A program made the position numbers and the translations under genes. The notes beneath the pieces are model-generated. The model made no database searches, was not told where the DNA came from, and saw only the letters and a program-made list of their open reading frames with translations. Source: Hemiscyllium ocellatum (lineage: Eukaryota). Taken from it: DNA of 64,000 nucleotides. Shown here in pieces: positions 13,751 through 26,967 of the stretch (position 1 is its first letter; each line of letters begins with the position of its first letter). The DNA lies in contig NC_083425.1 in assembly GCF_020745735.1 (NCBI RefSeq), positions 43,263,575 to 43,327,574 on the forward strand. Direction: 5' to 3'.

Positions 13751-16721
13751 CATCCATCAGACATTACCTCCATGATCCTTTTCCACATGAAGGTGTGAGT
13801 AGTGCTTGGTATTCTAACATTTCTACCTTTTGTGTATTTGTAGGCTTGAAACATTTGTTCCTGAAAGCCTCAGAACAAGGCAGCAGCATAAAACACCTAC
13901 TTTACCATCACAGTCCACACCCATCCCAGAAGGTGGTACTTTTTGAGGTTGAGAGACTGGGGCTAGTTAAGGCAAGAGTGGTGAGAAACATCCTGGTGTT
14001 AGCACAAGAGTAGCAGAGATCTGTTAGGTATCTAAAAGGCCAACATCAGGAACATATAAAGTTTATCATATGCTGCAGTGTCATGAAGTTGGACAGTTTT
14101 AGTGGGAAGGGAGATGAGATTAATCTTTCTGCTGATGGAGGCATTCATCAACTGCTGGGCATTTCAGTTTACAACCAGCCAGTACAGGATGAGTTTATGA
14201 TAATGGAGACCTTCAGTTTCATTGAGCAGATTTATGATGACAGCGGACAACAAGGTTCTGACATGGATCTCCTGAGTCTGAAGTGCTACTATCAGCAGTA
14301 GTTCATCCTTGGCACTGGCTTGAAAAACAGAGTTTATGGAGCAATGGCATTAAGTCCCAAAAAAAGTCCCAAAGTAGCTGCTGCAAGTAAAAAAGTAAGA
14401 ATTGTTAAATTATTAAAAGAAATATGACAGTTCCAGAAACGTGGTATAAATCTTGGAAGAACTGTAGTTCAAAGCTTCTTCCCCTTTAAGAGGCCTCAGA
14501 TCAACAGAGCTGGTTTATATCCATTTAAAAATGAACAAAAGGCAAGAGATTAAGCTTAATACAAACATCATGAAATTAAATCATACAGTCTGTGACATAT
14601 TCTGGAATTGGGCACCCTGGAACTTTAATAAAGCCATTTGTGAAGTGAATGCCGTATGAAAAGTCTCAGGTCTTTGGTATGAGCTGGACAATATGTTTCA
14701 TCGTATTAGCATAAGAAAAAGCAGCACAATTAGACTATTTGGCTTCTCTAGCTGACTCTACCATTCTGTAAGATCAGTGCTGAACTGAACAGCCTTTTTT
14801 AAACCTTACCCACAAACCCATCAACAGAATTGATGAGAAAAATCTATCCTCTGTACCCTGACACTATTGTTATCCTTCCACCCCCCCCATGCCTCGTCCA
14901 ATTCTTGATTTATTTAGACCATTCACGGTTATAAAAATTGCGGTCACTGTGGCAACAGAGACCATCCAAATCCATCTTGGAAATAAAAATGCAAAATGGC
15001 AAACTGGTATTGCACAAGAAAAATGTTCACCAAATATTGAACTAGCATATTTGATGCTGGGAAAAAAATGTAGATTCAATGGCTATCCAAAAATCATAAT
15101 TGTTTAAAATTATAATCCCTGTTGAAGGAACTGAATGCATTGGTATTTATATCATCATGTCAGTATACCTGTTACTTCAACTTGCTCAGTTCGGTTATAA
15201 TTTACTCATGGAATTATTTCCTTGCTACTCAGATATGTAAAATCATTTTTTTAGCACTCGATTACATGCACAGAATAAAATGGTGCTCATGGGTCAGATA
15301 ATTTACTGTTGTCTGAAAGTATAAATGTGCAAAAACACATCACAAAGTATGGTGACAGGCATGTGGTCTGTCTCTTGGCTAATTAATAATGGAACCAGCA
15401 AGTGTTCTCATGCAAAGTATGAGTCAACTGTATGATAATCTCATCAAGGAAAAGGAGGTGCTCACTCACCGTCCATCAGGGAAATGGGAGGTCAGCTTGC
15501 ACCTGTACTTGAAAGGTGTAGGGAAGCAAAAGAAATTAGTGTGTCCAAGTGATGACTTTTCAAACCAAAGGTTTGATTCTAACTCAGTGCCCTTTTTCTG
15601 TTGATATGTGGGCCAGTCTTTCATGACGGGCAGAATTGACTCCACTCCTTTTCCTTTTTTCTAGACTGTTTCAGAGATCCTTTCCAATATTCCAAACCAA
15701 CAAGCCATAAGGAACAAATTGCATATCTGGACTGGGAGGCCAAAAACGTTCAGAGGTTTCCCCAAAGATACAGAGAACTTGGATCCCTTGGTATGTCAAA
15801 TTTCTCAACTTCCATGCCCTGACCTCCCTTCCTTCCCACATTACCCATTACCCGGAACAATGTTCCAAATGCAGGAGGATGCCATGAATATTTAACCCCA
15901 TTTCTCAAGCACACAGTACACATTTAAACTTTGTCACTGAACAATTCTAATAAAAGCATAAACGTACCTTAAACTGCAGCAATCTAAGAATTGAATTCAA
16001 AAAGCCTCATAGAATACACCATGCAAGAATAACATGGAAAAAGATTAATGTGTTCAACTGCATTTTACATTTTAATTTTAACTCATTTGAAATTAATCAG
16101 TCAGCACCTTAGCTAAAATTAATAACAGTAATTTCAAGAAAAGGTATTAAACATTGTTACTTAATAATCCTATAGCTTACAATCGAAACTAATGATTTAA
16201 CAGATCCATTTAAATCAAATCTATAACATTTATCTGTAAATTTTTCATTTTCATCTTTTTCAGAAAAATGTTTTCAGGTAAGCTTGCAAAATGTTGGATG
16301 GCTCCTTTTTAGCAAAATGTGATGAGCAACAGGCGAAGTCACTTTTTCACATGCTTATGTCAAGTATGATGCTTTGTTAGTGCAGCTTAAAACTTTAATG
16401 AAGATATATCTATTATATTTGCGCCTGCATGGAATCTTCAAGGAAGTTCTCCAAACACTTTGCCTGGTATCTGAAGAGAGCAGAGCTTTTGTGCATGTGA
16501 AGAATGCACATACATTAGGTGACCAGCTGCTGATAGTGATGCGTTGTATTGACTTTCCGTTGTTGTTCAGATGAAATATTCATAGCATATTGTCACGAAC
16601 AGGAATATCAAGGCTGTAGTAACAAACCCAGAGTTTACATTTACAGATAAAAAGGGTCAAATGCATCAATACTTAGAGATATAACAGTGTTTTACAAGTT
16701 TTAACCTGTTTTTGAAAAATA

Positions 16722-17056
16722 TAGAATGATTATATTGTAGAAGCAGGCCTTTCAGCCCACACCAACCCTTTAAAAGAGCATCCCACCGAGACCCACCCTA
16801 CTACTCTATCACTTTGCAATTCCCATGGCTAATTCAGTTAGCCTGCACATCCCTGGACACTATGAACAATTTAATCTGGCCAAACCACCCAACTTGCACA
16901 TCTTTGGATTATGGAAGGAAACCAGAACCCCCAGAAGAAACCCATGCAGACACAGGGAGAATGTGCAAACTCCATGCAGACATCACCTAAGGGTGGACTT
17001 AAACCAAGGTCGCTGGCATCATGAGACAGCAGTGCTGGCCACTGGGCCACCATGCT
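16722..17056 (-). mobile_element. HE1-like SINE
   Basis: Reverse complement of the HE1 head, V-domain and tail. Confidence 0.8.
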
Positions 17057-17432
17057 AACCACTTTATTCTGAGCTGTCATTCATAGACACTTAATGATTT
17101 CACATTTGCCAAAAAATTGCATTCTCTGAAAATAAAGTATTCCAATCTGGTACTAGAAAAAAATAAAACTTGCATCTGAAGTTTCCAAAGGAAATCATTT
17201 CAGAAAAACAGTGTGTTTACACTCTGTCCTTTTGTTTTTGTGATCTGCCTACCTGGAGTTATTTGTGGCCCAAATCAATTAGTTGGATAAGTCTTACTGG
17301 AGTTTTGACTCTTCTCCAAATGGGTACCAGTCCATAGTTAATCACGGGTTGCAAATTAGATTGCTACTTGCATTGTATTGAGTCTGAAAAAGAGAAGGTT
17401 GCAATGGGAAATCAGAATTGAACATGAGCAAT

Positions 17433-17577
17433 ATAGTGGCTCAGTGGTTAGCACTACTGCCTCACAGTACCAGGGACTCGAGTTCAATTCCACCCTCGGG
17501 AACTGTCTGTGTGGAATTTGCACATTCAACCCATGTCTTTGTGGGTTTCCTCCCACAGTCCAAAGATGTGCAGGTTT
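17433..17577 (+). mobile_element. HE1-like SINE, partial
   Basis: gtggctcagtggttagcactactgcctcacag...gagttcaattcc...cccacagtccaaagatgtgcagg. Confidence 0.8.
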
Positions 17578-18844
17578 AGAGATGAAAAATGCAAGGTTAG
17601 AGAGATAGATATTGGCTGAATGGCCTGCTTCTGCATGGGAAGGGTGGCAGTAGTCAGAAAATTATTCCTATGAAGTTTATGTTTCGGTGACATTTACATT
17701 TGTGGTGCAAATATAACAAACTATCATAAATTGAGATTAAAGGTATCTCTGTTCAATACTACACAGCATAAAAGAGAATTGTTTGAATCGTAAGTTATAA
17801 TATTTTCATCTCTTCATGTTTCATTTTGATATCATCTTCTTCTCGGCCAAGGATGACACAATAGTCTAGTGCATCAGAGAATGAAACTATAGCTTTATGG
17901 AGCTGTTCGAAATTCAGGCTTGGACATTCACTCCAAATGTACAGTGCTTGGAAGTCTCTCAGCTCATTGCACCCATGTCGGGAAAAGTGTCCCAAATGAC
18001 GGTTTGGGCAGAGTGGGTGAACTCATGAGGGTCTACCATCACATGGCTCTAGGAGCTTCAAGGACCAAAACAGTCTGTTTCAAAGGGCTTCCTTTGCTCT
18101 ATGCAACTTTATCTTTGTTCACTTGTGGAGTGTGGACATTGCTGGCTGGGTCAGCATTTATTGTCCATCCCTTGTTGCCCTTGAGAAGGTGGTGAGCTGC
18201 CTCCTTGAACTGCTGCAGTCTATGTCATATAGGTTGACCTTAGGGAGGAAATTCTAGGAATTTGAACCAGCAACAGTGAAGGAACAGTGATATATTTCCA
18301 ACTCAGGATGATGAGCATCTTAGATGGTAACTTCCAGGTGCTAATGTTCCCATATATCTGCTCTGCTTGGCCTTCTAAATGGAAGTGGTCATGGGTCTGG
18401 AAGGTGTTGCCTAAGGATATTTGCTGAATTTCTTCAGTGCATCTTCTAGATAGTACACACTGCTGCTACTGAGCATTGGAAGGAACATTTGTGGTTGTGA
18501 TAGTCAAGCGGACTGATTCATCCTGGATGTTGTTCTTGAATTTGCATTCGTCCAGGCAAACGGGGAATATTCCATCATACTTGTGATTTGTGCCTTGTAG
18601 ATGAGGGACTGGCTTTGGGGAGTCAGGAGGTGAGATACTTGCAGTATTCTGAGCTTCTGATCAGCTCTTGCAACCACTGTATTTATTTAGCAAGTCCAAT
18701 TGAGATTCTGGTCAATGGTGATACCTTAGGATGTTGATAGTGGGGAATTCGGTGAAGGTAACATGTCAAGGGGTGGTGGTTAGATTATGGCTTATTGGAG
18801 ATGGTTATTGTCTGGCATTTGAGTGGCATGACACTTATCAGCCC

Positions 18845-19556
18845 TTCCCCTGCAACCGCAGGAAATGCAAAACTTGCGCCCACACCTCCTCCCTTACTTC
18901 TCTCCAAGGCCCCAAGGGATCCTTCCATATCTGCCACAAATTCACCTGCACTTCCACACACATCATCTATTGCATCCGCGCACCCGATGTGGCCTCCTCT
19001 ATATTGGGGAGACAGGCCGCCTACTTGCAGAACGCTTCAGGGAACACCTCTGGGACGCCCGGACCAACCAACCCAACCACCCCGTGGCTCAACACTTTAA
19101 CTCTCCCTCCCACTCCACCGAAGACATGCAGGTCCTTGGACTCCTCCATCGCCAGAACATAACAACACGACGGCTGGAGGAAGAGCGCCTCATCTTCCGC
19201 CTGGGAACCCTCCAACCACAAGGGATGAACTCGGATTTCTCCAGTTTCCTCATTTCCCCTCCCCCCACCTTGTCTCAGTCGATTCCCTTGAACTCAGCAC
19301 CGCCCTCCTAACCTGCAATCCTCTTCCTGACCTCTCCACCCCCACCCCACTCCGGCCTATCACCCTCACCTTGACCTCCTTCCACCTATCACATCTCCAT
19401 CGCCCCTCCCCCAAATCCCTCCTCCCTACCTTTTATCTTAGCCTGCCTGGCACCCTCTCCTCATTCCTGATGAAGGGCTCTGGCCCGAAACGTCGAATTT
19501 CCTGTTCCTTGGATGCTGCCTAACCTGCTGTGCTTTAACCAGCAACACATTTTCAG
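18845..19556 (+). mobile_element. Penelope-like element family A, 5'-truncated (GIY-YIG plus pLTR with HHR)
   Basis: CKTC...IIYCIR / CGLLYIGETGRLLAERFREH...HFN...RLEEERLIFRLGTLQPQGMN. 13-bp TSD cacttatcagccc at 18832-18844 and 19557-19569. Confidence 0.92.
19463..19498 (+). ncRNA. Minimal type I hammerhead ribozyme (family A), intact
   Basis: auuc-CUGAUGA-A-GGGC UCUG GCCC-GAAA-C-GUC|gaau. Stem I is auuc/gaau, stem II is 4 bp, stem III is the palindrome ACGU. Predicted cleavage after 19494. Confidence 0.85.
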
Positions 19557-19921
19557 CACTTATCAGCCCAAGTCTGGATATTGTCCAGGTTTTGTTGTAC
19601 TTGAACATGGACTGCTTTGGTATGTACAGAACCATGAATGGTGGTGAACATTGTGCAAGCGTCAGTGAGCATCCATACTTCTGACTGAATGATGTGGAGA
19701 AGGTCATTAAAAAAACAACTAATGATGGTTGAGCCTAGAACACTACGCGGAGGAACTCCTGCAGAGATGGCCTGAAACTGGAATGACTGACCTACAGCAA
19801 CTATAATCATCTTCAGGTATGACTCCAACTAAGGGAGAGTTTGTTCCCGATTACCATTCATTCCAGTTTTGCCAGAGCTCCCTTGATGCCATATTTGATC
19901 GAATGCTGCCTTGAGTTAAAG

Positions 19922-22363
19922 AGTTGAAAAATGTGATACTGGAAAAATACAGCAGGCCAGGCAGCATCTGAGGAGCAGGAGAATCGGCGTTTTGGGCATA
20001 AGCCCTTCTTCAGGAATGAGGCTGGTGTGCCAAGTGGGCTGAGATAAAAGGTAGGGGGGAGGGAATTTGGGGGAGGCGTGCTGGGAATACGATATATGGA
20101 AGGAGGTGAGTCTGAGGGTGAGGTGATAGGCCGGAGAGGGGGTGGGACGGAGAGGTCAGGAAGAAGATTGCAGGTCAAGAGGGCGGTGCTTCATCCGAGA
20201 GTTGGAACTGAGTTAAGGTGGGGGGAGGGGAAATAAGGAAGCTGGAGAAATCTACATTCATCCCGTGTGGTTGGAGGGTTCCTAGGCGGAAGATGAGGCG
20301 CTCTTCCTCTAGGTGTCGTGTGGCCAGGGTCTGATGATGGAGGAGGCCAAAGACCTGCATGTCATTGGCGGAGTGGGAGGGGGAGCTAAAGTGTTCAGCC
20401 ATTGGGCGGTTGGGTTGGTTGGTGCGGGTGTCCTAGAGGTGTTCCCTGAAATGTTCCGCAAGTAGGCGGCCTGTCTCCCCAGTGTAAAGGAGACCACATC
20501 AGGTGCGGTGGATACAATAAATGATGTATGTGGAGGTGCAGGTGAATTTGCAAAGGATATGGAAGGATCCATTTGGGCCTTGGAGGGAGGTGAGGGGGGA
20601 CGTGTGGGCGCAAGTTTTGCACTTCTTGACGTTGCAGGGGAAGGTGCCGGGAGTGGAGGTTGGGTTGGTGGGGGGTGTGGACCTGACGAGGGAGTTGCGG
20701 AGGGAGTGGTCTCTCCTGAATGCTGATAGGGGTGGAGAGAGAAATATATCCCTGGTGGTGGGGTCTGTCTGGAGGTGGCGGAAATGACAGAGGATGATAC
20801 GATGTATCTGGAGGTTGGTGGAGTGGAAGGTGAGAACCAATGGGGTTCTGTCCTGGTGGCGATTGGAGGGGCAGGGTTCAAGGGAGGAGGTGTGGGAAGT
20901 GGAGGAGATGTGGCGGAGAGCGTCGACGGCCACATCAGAGAGGGAATTGCGATCTTTGAAGGAGGAGGCCATTTGAGTTGTTCGGTAGTAGAATTGGTCC
21001 TCCTGGGAGCAGGTGCATTGGAGGCGGAGGAATTGGGAATATGGGATGGCATTTTTACAGAGGCAGGGTAGGAGGAGGTGTAGTCTAGGTCGCTGTGGAA
21101 GTCGGTCAGTTTGTAGTAAATGTCTGTGTTGAGTCGGTCGCCCGAGATAGAAATGGAGAGGTCGAGGAAGGGGAGGGAGGAGTCTGAGACGGTCCAGGTA
21201 AATTTGAGGTCGGGGTGGAAGGTGTTAGGAAGGTGGATGACTGTTCAACCTCCTTGTGGGAGCACAAGGTAGCGCCAATACAATCATCGATGTAGCGGAG
21301 GAAAAGGTGGAGGGGTAGTGCCAGTGTAACTGCAGTAGATGGACTGTTCCACATATCTGGCAAAGAGGCAGGCATAGCTGGGGCCCATGCGGGTGCCCAT
21401 GGCTACTCCTTTGGTTTGGAGAAAGTGGGAGAATTAGAAGGAGAAATTGTTAAGAGTGAGGATCAGTTCAGTATGTCAAAGGAGGGTGTCAGTGGAAGGG
21501 TACTGGTTGGGTCGACGGGAGAGGAAGAAGCGGAGGGCTTGGAGGCCTTCGTGACGGGGGATGGAGGTGTATAGGGACTGGAAGATAAGGTGTTGGGGAC
21601 CGGGGATGTGAAAATCATGGAGAAAGTGGAGAACGTGGGTGGTGTCCTAACGTAGGTGGGGAGTTCTTGGAGTAAGGGGGACAGGACAGTGTTGAGGTAT
21701 GCAGAGATGAGTTCAGTGGGGCAGGAGCAGGCTGAGACAATGGGTCGGCTGGGGCAGTCAGGTTTGTGGATTTTGGGTAGGAGGTAGAAATGGCAGTGCA
21801 GGGTTATGGGACCATGAGGTTAGAGGCGGTAGATGGGAGATCCCCTGAGGTGATGAGGTTATGGATGGTCTGGGCGATGATGGTTTGGTGGTGTGAGGTG
21901 GGGTCATGGTCAAGGGGGCAGTAGGAGGAGGTGTTTGTGAGTTGGCATCTAGCTTCAGCGGTGTAAAGATCAGTGCGCCAAACTACCACTGCGCCTCCCT
22001 TATCTGCCAATTTGATGGTGAGGTTGGTGTTGGAGCGGAGGGAGTGGAGGGCTGCGTGTTGTGAGGGTGAGAGGTTGGGGTGGGTTAGAGGGGTGGACAG
22101 ACTGAGGCGGTCAATGTCGTGGCGGCAGTTGGATATGAAGAGATTGAGGGCAGGTTAGAGGCCAGCACGGGGTGTCCAGGTGGATGGGGTGTGTTGGAGG
22201 GGGAGAAGGGGTCGTCAGAGGGTGGGTGAGAGTCCTTGTCGAAGAAGTAGGCATGGAGGCGAAGGCGGCAGAAGAAATTCTCGATATCTAGCCGCGTGTC
22301 AAACCCATTGATCCGGGAGCGTAGGGGGATGAAGGTGAGACCTCTGCTGAGGACTGATTGTAA
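19922..22363 (-). mobile_element. Penelope-like element family A, long decayed copy (RT plus GIY-YIG)
   Basis: ADKGGAVVVW, KGVAMGTRMGPSYA, FLRYIDDCIG and GIY-YIG motifs, with frameshifts and stops. Degenerate HHR at ~19982-20017. 8-bp TSD agttaaag at 19914-19921 and 22364-22371. Confidence 0.92.
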
Positions 22364-22469
22364 AGTTAAAGGACTGTTACACTGACCTTGCCCTGGAATT
22401 CAAGTCTTTTGTTCATGAGTTTTGAGAAGATTTGTAGCTCAGATTGAGGTTCTGGATATAAGTATGTTG

Positions 22470-23195
22470 CAGGTGTTAGTCCCTGTGTTCCCTGTCTGTG
22501 CCATAATGTTTAGACTGATTTTAATTTAAAAAGTGAGTTAATAGAGTCTTACTTGGATTCATGCAGTTTTTGAGCAAAGTAAAAAGTAACTCTGCAAGGG
22601 TTGTGAGTGTCTGTGAGAGAGAGTGGAAAGTGGTCTAAGTCTGTGAAAGGATTCATGTGTGAGTGTGGTAGTGTGTGTGTCTGTAGGAGTGTGTGTGTGT
22701 GCTTGTCTGTGTTTACTTGTGTCTGTATGTATGTGTGTATATAGGAGTGCGTGTGTGTATGTATATGTCTAAGAGTGTCTGTGTGTGTGTAGTGCAATGG
22801 TGGTCACCTGTAGTGTGACATGAACCCAAGGTCCCAGTTGAGGCTCTCCCTATGGGTACAGAACGTAGCTATCAGCCACTGCTCGGCCACTTTTCACTGC
22901 TGCCTGTCCCGAAGTCCACCTTGGAGGATGGTCACCCGAAGGTCCAAGGTCGAATGTCTTGGACCGCTGAAGTGTTCCACAACTGGGAGAGATCACTCCT
23001 GTCTGTTGATTGTTGTGTGGTGCCCATTCATCCATTGCCGTAGCATTTGCTCGGTTTCTCCAATGTACCATGCCTCAGGGCATCCTTGCCTGCAACACAT
23101 AAGATAGACATCATAGGCTGCGTCACATGAGTACTTGCCACGTACATGGGAGGTGGGAGGTGTCCCCACGTGTAATGGTGGTATTCATGTCCAAT
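22470..23195 (-). mobile_element. Penelope-like element fragment, different family (GIY-YIG, with (CA)n 3' UTR)
   Basis: Minus strand reads VYLMCCRQGCPEAWYIGETEQMLRQWMNGH...EHFS. Degenerate TG/CA microsatellite at ~22600-22790. Confidence 0.8.
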
Positions 23196-24711
23196 ATCAA
23201 TAAACAGCTATCAAACATGTTTTCTATTAATCTTAGAAAGACATGCAGATTATTTCCCCATCATTTTTATAGGACTGATTTGGGTAAATTGATACTTTAT
23301 GGTTCTATATAGTACTCAGTATTTCAAGAGATATCATGTTGACATTAAAAGATTCCACGTTGTGGGATAATGCCCTAACCCTAAACTTAACCCAGCAGAA
23401 ATTAGATTTGTTTGAACTCTGCACTCTGTTCAAATGGTTCTGCTGAGTTCAAATTTCCCATATGTAGAAGCCTCATCTTTTTCTTGATGCCCTCTTGCCC
23501 AGTGAAAATAGTTTCCACGAGATATGAGGTATTAACGTCCAGATCTAGTGTCCAGCTGCCATTTTGAATATACCATGTATTCTCCAAGATTCCATGTGGA
23601 ATCCAGATTTCTGTAGCTCAGTAGAAAAGTATTAAGAATCAGTCTGTGGCTCATATGTGGGATAGCAAGTCAGTCTGTAATATGTGGGACAGTGCTTTAG
23701 TTCTCAAAATTGCATACAGTGAGATGGTAAGAAAATGGTATTGGAGAATATTACTACCAAGTTGTTGTTCAAGGGGTAAAAGAAAGAGAAGAACAATATT
23801 CACGATAAAAACTAATATTGTTCTTTATTTCCATATTTTTCTGCACCTGATCATCAGAGTTATTCCTATCACCTTTGTCTTCAAGAGATTTACTGTTGAC
23901 AGACATTGCCAACTAAGAATTGAGATCTTGATGAATTGTCTCAATTTGTCCAGGATAATTCCTGACTAGGCATGAAGCTCAAATATTGAACCTGGCAAAA
24001 TGAAACTGCATAAATGTAATTATTCTGGATCATGAATGTGATCAAAGATCTCCCAAGATTTGAATTTGTAGAAATGTTTGATTTCTTGAACTTGAACAAA
24101 GCAGAGAGGTCTATTGGTATAACTACACCTGCAACCTTCCTCTGTCTGTTAATTTTACCTCATGAAGTGTAGATCACAATGAAGAATTTCAATAAACCAG
24201 TGCCATCAAAATCTACACTCTAAATTCCTCCCTTATTATCAAATGTTTTGTGGAAAACTCCAATTGAAGAGTAATATTATTTACCTCAAGGAACATTTCT
24301 ATGCACTCCATATTCTACATTTTCTGTCCAATATTTTACATTGTGGCATTTCGTATTGTTTTAGATAATAGGATTTCACTAATAGAATGAGGTTTTGAGG
24401 GATATTCAACTGTTTTGCCTTCATTGCAGCATGGGTACCCCACTAAGACAGAAATACTCTAGGAGAAGAATGCACTAGCCATTACTAACTAAGAAGGTTA
24501 AAAGTGGCATCAAATTAAATAGGAATATATGCAATAGTATAAAGATTAGTGGTCATTCTGAAACCAGCAAAGCATGACTCATAAAAAGGGCAAATTAGAG
24601 TTTGAGAGAAAGCAATCTAGCAAAATAAAAGCAGAAAGCATGAGGTTTTTTTTAATGAATGTTTTAAAAAAGAAAAGAGTGCAGAAATGTTGAATCTGGT
24701 TTTGTTGTATA

Positions 24712-25046
24712 TGGTGCTCCATGGTTAGCACAGCCACCTCACAGCACCATGAACCTGGATTCAATTCCACCCTCGGCAGATTGTCTGTGTGGAGTTTGCG
24801 CGTTCTTCTCATGTCTGCGTGCGTTTCCTTTCAGTGCTCCAGTTTCCTCTCACAGACCAGAGTTGTGCAGATTAGGAGGAATGACCATGCTAAATTGCCC
24901 ATTGTGTTCAGGGATGTGTAGTTTGGATGGGTTAGTCAGGGGAAATGCAGGTATAGGTGTGGTCTGGATCTGGGTGGGATGCTTTTTGGAGAGCCAGTGT
25001 GGACTCAATGGGCCTGTTTCAATACTGTAGGGATTCTATGATTCTA
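24712..25046 (+). mobile_element. HE1-like SINE
   Basis: tRNA head, V-domain and attct tail. Confidence 0.85.
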
Positions 25047-25079
25047 TTATTTGAAAATAAAGAAGCACCAGAGAAGAAG

Positions 25080-26660
25080 GAGCTTAAATAATCACAATCA
25101 TTAGAGAAAAGATACAAAGAAAAAGATTAGTTCTAAAAAGTTAACAGGTCAACTGCATCCGATAGCTTTCATCGTAGGTCCCAGGAAAAGAAGTGGTTGT
25201 AAGTATAACAGATGCATTGATTGTAATTTTTGAAACTTTTCCTGATTCTGGAAGGGATTCAACAGATTAGAAAATGATTAATGTAATTTGTCTATTCAAG
25301 AACAGAGGGAGACACAATACAAAAAACCTGCAAGCCAGTTATGCTTACATCTGTCATATTAAAAATGCTACAATCTATTTTTAAGGAAGTAATAGCGGAT
25401 ATAGAGCAAATTGTAATACAATCAGGCAAAGTCAACATAGCTTTATGGAAATGGAAATCATGCTTCATTAATATCTTAGCGTTCTTTAAGGAATTAACAA
25501 GCAAAGTGTATAAAGGGAAGCTTGTAGTTGTGATGGTTGGATTTCCAAAATGGTAAGATGCCCCACCAAAGGTGACAACATAAGAGATCAATTGTGAGTT
25601 GCAACATATTGACATAGATAGAAATTTGATTAGCTAACAGGAAGCAAAGGCTAGGGATAAATGGCAAACTGTTACAAGTAGAGTACTACAACGATATGTG
25701 TGGTGCCTCAACAATTTACAAATTGAATCAACAACTTGGATGTAGGACCAAAGTATAACTTTATTGATGACACAAAGATAGGCAGGACAGTTCATTTGCA
25801 AAAGGGCATTTGGAGTCTTAAGGATTCAAAACCAAAACAATTCAGATTGGCTAAGTGAGTTGGCAAAGACTTTGCAGATAGATGTGGGAAAATGTGAACT
25901 TGTAAACTTTGTTAAGAAGAAGAAAAAGGCGGTATATTTATTTGAATGGAGAGAGACTATAGAACTCCATGCTTGAAGGGATTTGGATGTCCTGGCACAT
26001 GGATCACACAAAAACAATGTTGTGAAGCAGGTGAGTGGAGAAGGCAAATGGAACCTTGGTGCTTATTACAAGGGGAATCGAATATAAAATAGGAAATGTT
26101 GCTGCAACCGTATAGGACCTGGGTGAGACTGTGTCTGAAGTATTGTGTGAAAAATATTTCTTTTCTAAAGAAAAGATAAAATTGCATTTGAAACAGTTCA
26201 GAGAATATTTAGTTAACTGATGCCTGGGATATAGGGTTGTTTTATGAGGAAGGGTTGAGTAATTTGGACTTATACCCATTGGGATTTTGAACAGTAAGAG
26301 GCAATCTTATTAAAACAAGTAAGATCCCGAGGGGACTTGTTGTGATGGATGCCTGAGGAATTTACCCTGGAGAAAGGGGACCCACTTTAAAAATTCTGGG
26401 CTTCCAATTTAAGACTGAAATCAGGATTTTGTTTTCCCCAAAGGCTGATTAACCTGTGGAATTCTCTTTACTAGAGTGCATTGGAGGCCACATGGTTCAA
26501 AATATTCAAGTCTAAGTCGGATTGGTTTTTGATCAACAAGGAAATCAAGAGTTTCAGGGCATCAGACAGGAACATGGAGTTGAGACCATAATCAGGTCAG
26601 CCGTGATCTTATCAAATGGTGAAGTAGACCCGAAGGGCCAAATGAGCTTCTCCTGCTGTG
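25080..26660 (+). mobile_element. Decayed CR1 LINE (RT to 3' end)
   Basis: Degenerate CR1 motifs: PVMLTSVILKMLQSI, KSCFINILAFFKELT, tataggacctgggtgaga, ctgtggaattctct. Confidence 0.75.
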
Positions 26661-26890
26661 AGGCTCATCTATCTCAAAAATCACAAGTGAGATATTAACA
26701 GAATTACATCGACTCTACAGTTTTGATATGGACCATTCAGTTCAATTAGTCCTGCCAGAACTTGTACTCCATTCAAGCTCGTCCTATCCTCTCTCATCTA
26801 ATTTAATATTCATTAATCCTTTATTATCTTCTCCTACATAAACTTATCCAGTTTAACTTTGATTATATCAACAAATTTTCCTCAGCTATT

Positions 26891-26967
26891 GTTGTGGTTC
26901 TGTTCTTCCAGCTCGGCGAACAGAACCACAACAACGGACACCCGAGCTACAAATCTTCAACCAGACT
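26891..26967. mobile_element. 77-bp fold-back mini-PLE (family B terminus)
   Basis: Hairpin gttgtggttctgttc / gaacagaaccacaac followed by a ~35-nt extension containing gagctacaaatcttc. 15-bp TSD ttttcctcagctatt at 26876-26890 and 26968-26982. Confidence 0.75.

Larger units (their letters stand above)
18110..22415 (-). mobile_element. L2/Crack-like (CR1-group) LINE, interrupted by two PLEs
   Basis: ORF 19553-19828 ISAGVPPRSVLGSTIISCFFNDL...LTDACT is a decayed GVPQGS/FADD RT. The 3' tail lies at ~18110-18190, and the sequence resumes after each PLE insertion. Confidence 0.7.

Noticed and set aside
20309-21052. 247-aa Pro/Ser/Thr-rich ORF, the longest in the track
   Set aside because: It is an alternative frame of the C-rich Penelope coding strand, not a mucin-like gene.
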